A stretch of 64,000 bases of DNA, from contig NC_068981.1 in NCBI RefSeq assembly GCF_001194135.2, forward strand, positions 143,692,994 through 143,756,993, given 5' to 3'. Below, in pieces: positions 25,560-36,700 of the stretch. Under the pieces are notes generated by a model. The model did no database searches and was not told where the DNA came from. It saw nothing but the letters and a program-made list of their open reading frames with translations. Each line of letters begins with the position of its first letter. The first letter of the stretch is position 1. The DNA comes from Octopus bimaculoides (taxonomy: Eukaryota). Made by a program: the position numbers and the translations under genes.

Positions 25560-25614
25560 CACTCGACCCGAAAATTGTCGGGTTTCAGGCCAAAGCTGGA
25601 ATTCCTCAGGTGTA
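25560..25614 (-). ncRNA. Type I hammerhead ribozyme motif, partly decayed
   Basis: Minus strand: ACAC-CUGAGGA-AUUCCA(GCUU)UGGCCU-GAAA-CCCGA(CAAUUU)UCGGG-UC-GAGU. Full catalytic core, perfect stem III, GUC cleavage triplet. Two mismatches in stem II, one in stem I. Confidence 0.7.
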
Positions 25615-25675
25615 GATAATCCAAGTTACACGAGAATCACACCGTAAAGTAGGCTTGGGAAAGAATAAATAATCA

Positions 25676-26115
25676 AAATGATAAGAAGACAAAGAAAATT
25701 CTTTAACACATCTTTAATGGTTCGTTACAATTGTTTCTGTACCAACTTTAATTGCAACGGCAGTTTACGCAAAAGTTCGAAGTGAAATCTTAGGTACTGT
25801 TTGCAGTTTTAGACATTAAACAGGCACTTCATCAGACTTGCATCAAAGGGGAGCAATCACATTTTTTGTCTTCCAGACATTTTTTTTTTTTTTTTTTGCT
25901 TTTATCAGGAGGAAACAAAAACTATGTACCAAGTGATAGCACACCTTTGATGCAAGTCTGATGAAGATCTCTAATGTCTGAAACTGCATATTACGTAAAT
26001 TTTCACATCCAATTTTCGCGTAAACTGGTGTTGCAAATAGAGTTGATACAGAAACAATTGTAACGTATCATTAAAGATGTGTTAAAGAATTTTCTTTGTC
26101 TTCTTCTTATCATTT
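25676..26115. repeat. Long imperfect inverted repeat (arms 25676-25860 and 25933-26115, 72-nt spacer)
   Basis: Includes a perfect 23-bp match CTTCATCAGACTTGCATCAAAGG (25827-25849) / CCTTTGATGCAAGTCTGATGAAG (25944-25966), and a long near-identical match AAGAAGACAAAGAAAATTCTTTAACACATCTTTAATG. Confidence 0.95.
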
Positions 26116-27597
26116 GCATGTATATATATGTGTATATATGCACACACATATTTTTTTATGTATATGTATATATATATGTGTATATATATGCCCATATATA
26201 TATATATATATATATATGTTGATATATATGTATGCTGGTATATATATGTATATATAAAAACAATTGCAGCGTGGGAGGTGTTGATAAGCCATTTAAGAAA
26301 CACATAAAAACCGTTAGATTCACTTCAACATTTAAATTTGATTTGCCAAAATATTTTCGTGGCTTTGAGACCACGACCTGTTCACTGACAAAATTCCGTG
26401 CTGCACGGTAAATGTGTATTTCTATATACCTTGGGCCTGCCACCTCATTGTTCTCTGTCAAGTGTTTCAACTCCAGCTGTTCGTTGTATCAGTTAACACA
26501 CATACACTGACCCACCATTCCGCTGACGTAGCCGTAAAGACGAAAAGTTGCCAATGCGTAATGTTGTTAATATTAGGATATAAACTGTTCATTTATTTCA
26601 AATATAATAGAAATAAGATGATCTTAATGTTATCACGTTAGAAATAAAAGTGAAACAATATCATCTTTTGACACGAAATAGCGAACCAGTCTGAAAGAGT
26701 GCTCCCGGGCCCGCATTAGGCACGAAGTTGAAACTGTTTTTCTCCCATGACACTCCAAGCACCCCGAGTAAGGCATATGTAAAATTTGATTGAAACCGGT
26801 TGGGTACCTCTCGAGTTTTCGGGATTCACACATACAGACACACACACATTCTCAGTTTTATATATATAGATGTAAAGAGGAGTACAAAAATAGAATTACT
26901 CGGACGTTGGTTTAATATTTCGGAAGTTAACATATACAGTCAGCCTCGATTTCATGCTTTCTACCGCTATCCATCACTTTCTCATAAACACACATACATA
27001 CACGCACACACACAAGCACATACACACACATACACACACACACACACACACATGCACAAATACACACACGCACACACAAACACACACATGCACACACACA
27101 CACACTCACACACATACACACATACATACACACACACAAACACAAACACACACAAACACAAACATTAATGGTTGATTTGGAAAAGTACGAAGTACGATGC
27201 TCCTTTGCTTTAAGAACATTTAACTGCGAAATTGATAAGAATCAAATGAAACCGAGAATCTAAAAAATAAATGTTTATCTCCTGAGGAAATGAAACGAAT
27301 AAATAATAGCTTAAATGTCGGTTATTATAAAGTATTGTTATAGATTCCTCTTTTCGTTTCTCATCAGCATGATGTAGATAATTTATGATGGTAGTATCCG
27401 AGAAATTAAGGAATTTATGATAAAAAGGGAAAAACATGTAAATATAATCGCGAATTGGCAATTTATTTCAAATTTCTGTTCTCTTTGGCAAACAGTTAAA
27501 TACTGCTTTTGTTTATGTTTCCAAATGAGTTGTCGATTTACAAATGATTTCTACCTATCTATCTTTATATATATATATATATTTAAATATATGTGTT

Positions 27598-27648
<51 letters not shown>

Positions 27649-27654
27649 TTCCAT

Positions 27655-27733
27655 AGGCGCATGAGTAGCTGTGTGGTAAGTAGCTTGCTTACCAACAACA
27701 TGGTTCTGAGTTTAGTCCTACTGCGTGGCACCT
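27655..27733 (+). mobile_element. SINE family 2 head (truncated)
   Basis: AGGCGCA..GCTGTGTGGTAAGTAGCTTGCTTACCAAC..GTCC.ACTGCGTGGCACC, as in the copies at 40572 and 58789. Confidence 0.75.
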
Positions 27734-27767
27734 TCTAAAAGAGAGAGAGAGTATATACATATATATT

Positions 27768-27798
<31 letters not shown>

Positions 27799-27810
27799 AC
27801 ATATATATAC

Positions 27811-27865
<55 letters not shown>

Positions 27866-28196
27866 CATATCCTTTTCATGATTCGTGAGAATTTAAGTAT
27901 TTCAACGTGTAGGATGTCAAGAAAGATCTGATGTGGGCTTACAATACTCTGGAGCAACGTATATTTGTCGTTTGTTGGTTGTATGCTGTAAATATGCATA
28001 TGTATACATAACATCTATTTGTCAATATAGAAATACACATATTCAAATTCACATATATATAGGTATCCGAACCAACACAAACTGTAGATCCAACTCAGAG
28101 ATGGTTCGGAATATAGCTTGTGTTCTTCTTGTATATACGTGTATGTGTGTGTGTGTGTGGGGGGGGGTGAGTATGTGTGTGTGTGTGTGTTTGTGA

Positions 28197-28253
<57 letters not shown>

Positions 28254-28255
<2 letters not shown>

Positions 28256-28456
28256 GCCACATGGGTCCGTGGTTAGAGCGTTGTGCTCATAATCATGAGG
28301 TAGTAAGTATCATTGTCGGAATGGGCTGTGTGATGTGTTATTCAGCAAGACACTTTAGCCCTCGTTGCTCCTTTCACTCAGCTGTACGAATGAGTTGTGA
28401 CTTACTAGTGCCAAGCTGTATCGGGCTTTGTATTAATTTAAGGGATTGTCTTGATT
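28254..28456 (+). mobile_element. tRNA-derived SINE (third family), degenerate
   Basis: A-box-like CCGTGGTTAGAGCG head, then CAGCAAGACACTTT and CACTCAGCTGTA..AATGAGT core-like segments. Confidence 0.65.
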
Positions 28457-28564
28457 TAAGGGATACATACTTCGTAGTGTTGTTATTGGATTAGCGAAAC
28501 ACTATGAGAACAGAATCAAGGGATAAGACCCACCTTTCTAGGAATTACCGGGTAGGTCAGCTAG
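28457..28564 (+). mobile_element. Solo Helitron 3' end
   Basis: Ends in the CACCTTT..GGGTAGGT subterminal hairpin plus CTAG|T. Inverted copy of 28762-28874. Confidence 0.75.
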
Positions 28565-28704
28565 TACATATACACACACATATATATATATATATATATA
28601 TGTGTGTATATATATATATATATACTGATGGGCTTGGTAAAAATTATTAATTGTTAATTGATTTATTAATTAATAAATTGATAATCCTTTACCCTTTTAA
28701 TTTG

Positions 28705-28760
<56 letters not shown>

Positions 28761-28765
28761 ATGTA

Positions 28766-30490
28766 CTAGCTCACCTACCCGATAATTCCCGGAAAGGTGG
28801 GTCTTATCCCTTGATTCTGTTCTCATAGCTGTTTCGCTAATCTAATAACAACAATACGAAGTATGTATCCCTTACAACGATTTTGGTGCATTTACAGAGA
28901 ATACCTAACTGTCTTACATAGGATCTTGTTTTTAGGAAATCCCAATAAGTTATGAATACCCAAATCGTGAAGTCAGTTACATAATAACATGAAATTATTT
29001 ACCCGATAGTTAGAATTCAAATTAAGAAGCCCCGAAAATGGCTTTCCTGCGTTCCGAGAGTATATAGAACTTAAGCGGAAATACCAATAAGGTATGTATA
29101 CCAAAATCGGGAAGCATGTTACGTATTAACAGGCTAATCAGATGAGATAATAACAATTCATAGTAAATAACTCTGAAAAGGGCTTTTTCTCGTTTCCAGA
29201 AAATATAACCCTTAGGCACGCTAGTGTTGAAATATATTTACAATGTATGTAGCAACAGACTGACATTTAGTTTAACAGTAGACATAAATATATTTGAATA
29301 TAGATTTTAAAATAAAATAACTTGTAGATTATCAATACATTTACAACACTTACAAATATTACAGATGAATAATAATTACCTGATGATTTGGTGAATCTTA
29401 TTAAGTTTGTAGAGCTTCTTGATAAACAACATTTTTAGTCTTTCCTTGTGGGGCATAAATAAACTAATAATTAGGCTTGCCACATAAATTTCGGAATGGG
29501 AGAAAAATCTTGAGCTTCCCACATAAATTTCGGAATGGGAGAAAACTGGTTCCGCAAGGTTCAAAAACCACACCCAAGGATTGCCCCTGGGCCTTGTTAA
29601 TGCTCATTGCAATGCTCAGTTTCAACGGGAATTGCAGGCGCTTGTACTGGAAAGGAATATCCGAGGGAATAAGTGGAATTCAAGAAATGAATACAGGCTC
29701 ACCGCTTGCTTTACCAGTCAAACGTATTGTCTACAAGATTGTTAGCATTACGTTCTTTATTATAAGCCGTGTGCCATTGCAAAGCTTTGGTGGATCGAGG
29801 TTTCGAAGCAGCATAACTGGTGCCCTAATTTCGAGGTGCAAGTTATGAGGTGGGAGGCCGGTTGATGTCGGACTATTCAAGAATTCAACTGGATAATTCA
29901 CAGCTTCATCGATGTTAAGTACAGTGTCAATGGAATTGTAGATGTGACATACACCTGGCAACTGTTCCAGAATTTTGATGTTCAAATCATCAATTGCCAC
30001 ATTCTTTGGAGCTAAAACGGCACAGGTTTTCGGCCAGTCAGTTGTAGCCTGTAAACTGATTCCTCTGGTTAGGAAACACCTTATTCATTAATTCCTTTAA
30101 ATCAGATACCATATGTCCAAAAGGCAAGCTTACCCGGCCATCCTTCACGTCAATCGAAGTGCCATTACCGACGTCCAACAGTTGCTTTGGAAAGGTTCTG
30201 TCTGCATCCTCACCACTAAGCTGTAGCCTCATGTTGGTTGTGAGTCTCAGTTTTTGCACACTGCTCCATAGGTAGAACGACTTTATGCTGGCATTTAACT
30301 CTTGTCCCCTTTGAAACCACGGCACCCCCATCAGCTTGCTGTTGTGTCTCAGATCTTGAAAGGCCTTGTCAAGAGCTTCAAAGGAAACCTTATGGCTCAT
30401 TGTTGCCTGATCCCAGATGATCAGCCTGTATTCACCCAGAAGTTTGCCTTTTATAGAATCACGACTGAAGTTGCAGTTTGCTTTCTCTTT
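28766..30490 (-). mobile_element. 5'-truncated Helitron with decayed PIF1-like helicase and intact 3' terminus
   Basis: LIIWDQATMSHKVSFEALD, LTTNMR, YPVEFLNS..GLPPH.L.L....PVMLLRNLDPPKLCNGTRL, RLQFPLKLSIAMSINKAQGQ (29570-30490). 3' hairpin then CTAG (28769-28766) followed by T. Confidence 0.92.
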
Positions 30491-30501
30491 CTTGGGCCCA
30501 C

Positions 30502-30572
30502 GGTCATATCGCGTAGTGTTTAAGGGCGCGGGTTACTAACCCAAAGATTCCGTGTTTGATTCCAAGCAGTGA

Positions 30573-30654
<82 letters not shown>
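30502..30654 (+). mobile_element. Short tRNA-like SINE head with (AAT)n tail
   Basis: GGTCA (30502) pairs with TGACC (30570) as an acceptor-like stem. A-box TAGTGTTTAAG, B-box GTTTGATTCC, then ~25 AAT units. Confidence 0.7.
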
Positions 30655-30658
<4 letters not shown>

Positions 30659-30872
30659 TGAGTTTCTCTGCCCTAGGTGTACGGAAAACAGTCGGCGAGA
30701 AATGGAAGAAAATTTGAAGAAAGGAAAAAAAAAACAATATAATAATAATAATGATAATAATAATAATGATAATAATAATAATAAAGGGCATAAAATGAGT
30801 TTCTCTGCCCTAGGTGTACGGAAAACAGTCGGCGAGAAATGGAAGAAAATGTGAAGAAAGAAGAAAAAAACA

Positions 30873-30910
<38 letters not shown>
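30655..30910. repeat. Tandem duplication, period 137 bp
   Basis: Identical 59-nt core AAAATGAGTTTCTCTGCCCTAGGTGTACGGAAAACAGTCGGCGAGAAATGGAAGAAAAT at 30655 and 30792, each followed by an A-run and (AAT)n. Confidence 0.95.
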
Positions 30911-30967
<57 letters not shown>

Positions 30968-31175
30968 GTGATCATGATGGTGATCATGATGGTGATCATG
31001 ATGGTGATCATGATGGTGATCATGATGGTGATCATGATGGTGATCATGATGGTGATCATGATGATTAGAAGAAGAAGAAGAAGAAGAAGAAGAAGAAGAA
31101 GAAGAAGAAGAAGAAGAAGAAGAAGAAGAAGAAGAAGAAGAAGAAGAAGAAGAAGAAGAAAAAGAAGAAGACGAC
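30880..31175. repeat. Compound array (AAT)n-(GAT)n-(GGTGATCAT)n-(AGA)n
   Basis: Direct reading. Confidence 0.97.
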
Positions 31176-31179
31176 GACC

Positions 31180-31310
31180 TTAAGAATGAGAACCCAGTTT
31201 CGAAATTTCCCCAGGATACCTGAAGATGGCTGGAGAGTATATCAGCTAAAACCTGTTAACAACAAACATGATGAGGACAAATACCCGTCAAAAACAAATA
31301 ATGTGTATAC
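31180..31310 (+). mobile_element. Probable Penelope-like terminal repeat remnant with a decayed minimal hammerhead
   Basis: CTGAAGA (31220) - T - GGCTG(GAGAGTATAT)CAGCT - AAAA: stem II intact, GAAA mutated to AAAA, stems I and III broken. Confidence 0.45.
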
Positions 31311-32013
31311 ATACATATATATATAACCAGCTTCTTACCACACAGCCACACACACACGTATTTATATATGTGTGTACCCTCTTGTCTCAAAAAAGATGTA
31401 TGTCAATTTGAGAGAATTATTTAATTCTTAAAATTACTTTTTATTCTTATTTGGAGTTGTCTCTCACCACCATGCCATCAAGCGACTTACCTATCTTCAA
31501 TGGAATTGGATACAATTTCAATAAATGATGAATTTACCTGGCATGGTATTTAATATACCCTTATTCATCTGTACACACGCACAATACACATGCTTATACA
31601 TATATTTACCAGTGAATATATCCTTATTGAACACTGTTGAAATGCTTAATTTTGTACCTTATGTGCACCGTTTTCGTGTTTCATCTTACTAATGTTCTTT
31701 ATTTACTTTCACTGCCTCGAAAAAGAAAATCGTTATTCATTACCATACTTATTATTATTATTGTTATTATTATTATTATTATGTATTCGTAGAATTCGTA
31801 ATGCACCAGATGAATGTCTTCCGTTTTCTCTATATGCTCAGTTTAAGTAAAATTCCGCCGATTTCACACTAGCCTTACATTTGGCTGGGATCGATAAAAT
31901 TAATACTAATCAAGTACTACGTTGATTTTTTTACCTCGTATTAATTGCACTTCCTGACTTTACGTGTGCATTGCTAACAGTAACATTAATTTATGTGTGT
32001 TAACTATATATAT

Positions 32014-32072
<59 letters not shown>

Positions 32073-32129
32073 NNNNNNNNNNNNNNNNNNNNNNNNNNNN
32101 NNNNNNNNNNNNNNNNNNNNNNNNNNNNN

Positions 32130-32190
<61 letters not shown>

Positions 32191-33031
32191 TATCTACATG
32201 TATGTATGCCCTACGATTTTACTAATGTATCTGCCTGCATATGTGTAATCATTCACAAAGCACCTGGAATTACGGGTAATCTTTCTGTTTTCAATCCCCA
32301 CTATCAGATTAACACAATTTCCAGATTTTTAGATTTAGGTAATTTTTGAATTTTTTAGACAGAAACGTATTATCTGCTATGACTAATAACATCAATCACA
32401 ATACACTTCTCTTCTTGGATACCAATATCCGGTCGATTTGCCTTAATTTTCATTTTCTGGGCGCCAATATCCGGTTGATTTGACTTATCATGATCACTCT
32501 GTCATTCTTTGAGACCATTTTTATATATGTGTATATAATTTTCTGTTAGTTGGTATTTAATAATGCTAGTATGACTTCTAGCGATTGAAAGTGAGTGTTT
32601 TCACATTTTCATGCATGGACACGTACTCATATTCACCTCTTTCAAGGTTGTGCAGCTAAACGTAATATGTTTTGTAGTTACTTTACAACACCCAGTTTTA
32701 ATACGTTGTACAGGGCACGGCACCCAATGCCCTTTTACCCTTTAATAAACGTTTTAACAGCAAAGGCATGGCGTACACCGGTTCAAACTATAACGAAACC
32801 TATCAAAAAATGAACACAACGAAAACCTAAAATATGTAAATATGTGGGAGATGTTTTTGCCACACTATATTCTGCTTTATTTTATATGATTTTGAAACCG
32901 TTGTTGTGAGATTGCATTCATCTTGTCATATTAAAACCAGATTTCGAGTGAGTTCTGCGCTGCTCAGGCAAAGTATTAACCTTTTCCTTGTCATCGTCTC
33001 TTATGATATTCAGCTGAATATAGTGTATAAT

Positions 33032-33594
33032 ATCAACGTTAAAGGCGTGAAATTGTAATGATCTTTTGGACGTTGACTGATGAGGAAGAAGCAACAAATT
33101 TTCTGTTTCATATGTTTTAGTAAAATTTTCTGTTTGTTGTATTTTTGTTCAAATTTCAAAATATATTTATGTGACGCTACGCACTTCTCATTTTTTAAAT
33201 CATTTATAAATTATTCTTGGAATAATTTTATGCGACGTCTATTTCTGTCTCTTTCTGTTTCTTTACCTCACTTTTGCTTTCCTCCCATTCTTTTTCTCTC
33301 TCTTTCCCTCCTTAATTATTTCTTCGTTCTGACTTGTTTCTGTCCTTCTCTCATCTCCAGCTCTACAGGACATTTTCATTTTCCTTTGCGTCAAGTCATA
33401 TTCTGTAATTTTTTGTTGTATATGTATGTTTTATTTTGTTGTGTTTGTTTTTGTCATTGTCCTGTACATTCGTTAGCTATTCCAAGTGGCTTTTTGCTAC
33501 TGGCGTCAACGAAAGTGAACAACATCAACGTTAAAGGCGCGTAATGATCTTTTGGACGATGACTGATGAGGAATAAGCTACGAATTTTCTATTT
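33032..33594 (+). repeat. Pair of ~75-bp direct repeats about 490 bp apart
   Basis: ATCAACGTTAAAGGCG..GTAATGATCTTTTGGACG.TGACTGATGAGGAA.AAGC.AC.AATTTTCT at 33032-33108 and 33524-33594. Confidence 0.9.
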
Positions 33595-33799
33595 GTTGTT
33601 TTTGTAAATGTTTCCGTTCGCTGTGCTTTTATTAAATTTTATAACATACATACATATATGTATGTATATAAATATATACAAATATATATTCACATATGTA
33701 TGTGCGTGTGTGTGTTTGTGAGTGTGTGTGAGTGCTTGTATGTATGTATGTATGCGTGTATGTGTGTATGTATATATGTACGTACACATGTATGTATGT

Positions 33800-36700
33800 A
33801 TGTATGCACACCTTAGCTTCTGTTATTTCTCAGTTTTCCTCGTAGTTATCTGGTAGATCAACTTCTGTTTATATTTGATAAATTGCGTCTGTCGTAGGAA
33901 GTGTTTTGTCTTTTTGTTTTGTGGTGGATTCTCGTTTATTAGATACGTTTTTTTTAGTCATCTTACAACAGATAGGTTTCTAGTCAGAAGTTCCCAACCT
34001 ACCTGACTTAGAAATGATACAATCTTTCTTTGTCGGAGTTTTCGTGGTTTATTCCAAATTCAGTTATTATAATTCGTGTCTAGTTTCGCTAATTCACATA
34101 GCTTTCACTTTACAATAATATAACTATAAATTATTACTGGAACAGCTAGAACATCGACGCCTAATGGCCTATTATTTTGACATTTAGCTCTGTTTTAAGT
34201 ATTAATCTAATGAGTAGAGTCTGGAATAGTCATTCCTAACCTTTAATTTCTTGCGTGAGTGTGCGTGTGTGTTTCTATGTGTGTGTGCCTTTTGTGTGAG
34301 TGTGAGTATGTAATGTGTTGTCACTATTTCATTATTTTCTAAGTATTGTAAGTCTGTCGTTGGTGTAATTTTCATTATCTCTTTTTCTCTATCTAACATG
34401 ACATTATTGGTCTCAATTAATTCCCCTTTTCCAAGGTTGTCTTAGCTCTCATATTTCTAAACTGAATTGCGTATAATTTCCTCTACTAAATTTGTGTGCT
34501 GTCTGAAACTGTGTTTGCAGTTGTTTATCACCTGAAGCATACAACTTGAGGACATCCATAAAGAAACTATGATTAATTGTCCACGCACACATTATGCATA
34601 CGGGTCCAGTCTAATTTTGCATGTCGGTAAAAGATACTAGCACTCGACAGAAAAAAGTATAGGCAGAAAGACTCCTTAGAATGTGACTAAAAATCAAAGT
34701 GGTAGCATTCGTTTTATATTAGGTTGTTTCACATGAAATGTCGTATTTGAAAGGTAACAATAAAACGTTTCAGAAGTGTTAGAGAACTGATTTATGACGT
34801 TTACCCAACGTTTCCCTATATGTTATATATTCCTTCTTTAAAGAAAATCATCTTTTACTGTTAAACTGTCCGAATGCTTTTCTCTATTTAAGCATGTTTT
34901 GTTGCTTATGAAAAGCTCAAAATGCTTACATAAGTGATGATCAGTGGGAGAGATATCAGAGGAATAAGAAGGATGTTGAAACATCTCATAATTCAGGCTT
35001 TGCAACTTTTGGATCGTAACTTGAGGAGTGTGATGACGTGCATTGTCGACCAGCAAAATTGGGCCATCTCTATTCTCTAGACTGGGTTGCTTCTTTTTTC
35101 AAATCCTCATGCATACAATCAATTTCCTGGCAATACGATGTTGCTGTTACCGTTTTTCCTTGTTGCAAAATTGAATAACTCCTTTCGCAGACCACCATAC
35201 AGTGACCACTAACATATTACGGTGCAATGGTGGGTTTGCGTAGTATTTAGGTGACTCTCCTGCATCTAATCACTGTCCTGTTCTCCTGCTGTTGTCAAAG
35301 AGTATCCATTTCGCATCACAAGTAATGATTTGATGCTAAAGTGGTCTTTTTCGAGTCGAGAAAGTAATAAGGGGCACACTTCGAGGCGTCTGTTCTTTTG
35401 AATCTCGTACAGTTGATATGGAACAAACCTATCCGTTTTCATGACATTCCAATTGTTTACAGGTGTCCAAAAACAGTTGTGCGAGATGTTTGGAGTTCTG
35501 ATGAAAGTTTTCGAACCTTTGTTCTCGGATTTTGTTCAACCAAAGCATTTAATCTATCATACCGAATAACTGATTTTGGCCTACCCCTCGCTTTATTTTC
35601 AAGGTTATCTTCTCCTGAACTAGAGCTTTGGAACCATCTCTGAACAGTTGTGATGTCAACAAAACCATTACCAAAGACCCGCTTGATATTCCGTAGAGCT
35701 TCTGTGGTAGAGTGACCCAGTTTGTACTCATACGAGAAAATCTCTCAAAATCGTTTGGTTGTTATCATTTTCATAAGGTTTGTGGGTACGAATTTTGAAT
35801 GCCAATATTGTTGGGAAAGAAAAAGGGTTAAGATTAAATGCAAGGTATACATAATTGGGATTTTAAATTACTGGAATAATTAGTAATTAAAAACGCGACA
35901 TTTCATATGAAACAACTTAATATAAGCCCTTTTGTTTCTCTCTGAAGAATTTCTATTCACTCATGACATGTTTCATATAACTAATTATTGGTTCTCGTTC
36001 GTTATGGCTAATTCTATAGTAAAATTCTTTTATGGATAGGAAACACTGTTAAAATCCTTCAAGTAGTCAGTCCATTCCATGCTAAAATTCTCTCATCTTC
36101 TTTTACATCCTTTGGTTTTCTTTCCAGACACTTGTTTATTCTTTTGATATTGTTACACTAAATGGTTTGTAAACAGCCCAAAGGACTCTAGTGTTTTATC
36201 TTTACTTTTACAATATTGCGTAAAAAAAATGATTTTCTACAATTTGGAACATATTTGGGACACTTCAGCAATTAAACACATCTATTAGCAATTAAACAGT
36301 TACACATGTAATTTCCAACTTTATAAACTGTTGATACGGCCTAGTTGAGGTTGTGTTGCTTCATGAGTTGCTATAACCTTCCTCAAGCATTTGTTTATCA
36401 TATACATAATTTTGCACACTCTCCACAAGAGCGAATTTTTTGTGCTCTGTATTCCCATCCCCGATTTTTCTACTCCTATATTGTTAGCGCCGTGTTAATT
36501 TTTTTCTTCTTTTTATTAGTTCTTGATATAATATCTTCGAATTATTACAATCGATCTGGTTCTTTTATTCAAACAATCATTTTTACTTTTCAAAGTGACT
36601 CATTATTTACGATTTAGAGCTTCAGAGAGGATCCCTTCTTTTAAGCTTCCTATAAAATAAATTCGCAACCATTTTGTTTTTTGCTGTTATGATATATTTC

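Noticed and set aside
26335-26400. TCGTGG/CCACGA hairpin followed by GAAA on the minus strand as a ribozyme
   Set aside because: No CUGANGA core (reads CAGTGAACAG). Likely one arm of a dispersed repeat.
30502-30575. Functional tRNA gene
   Set aside because: Anticodon and T arms do not pair canonically, and it runs into an (AAT)n tail, as SINEs do.
29478-30910. CRISPR-like repeat-spacer pattern in the 40-bp and 137-bp duplications
   Set aside because: Only two copies each, no unique equal-length spacers, no cas genes, eukaryotic context.
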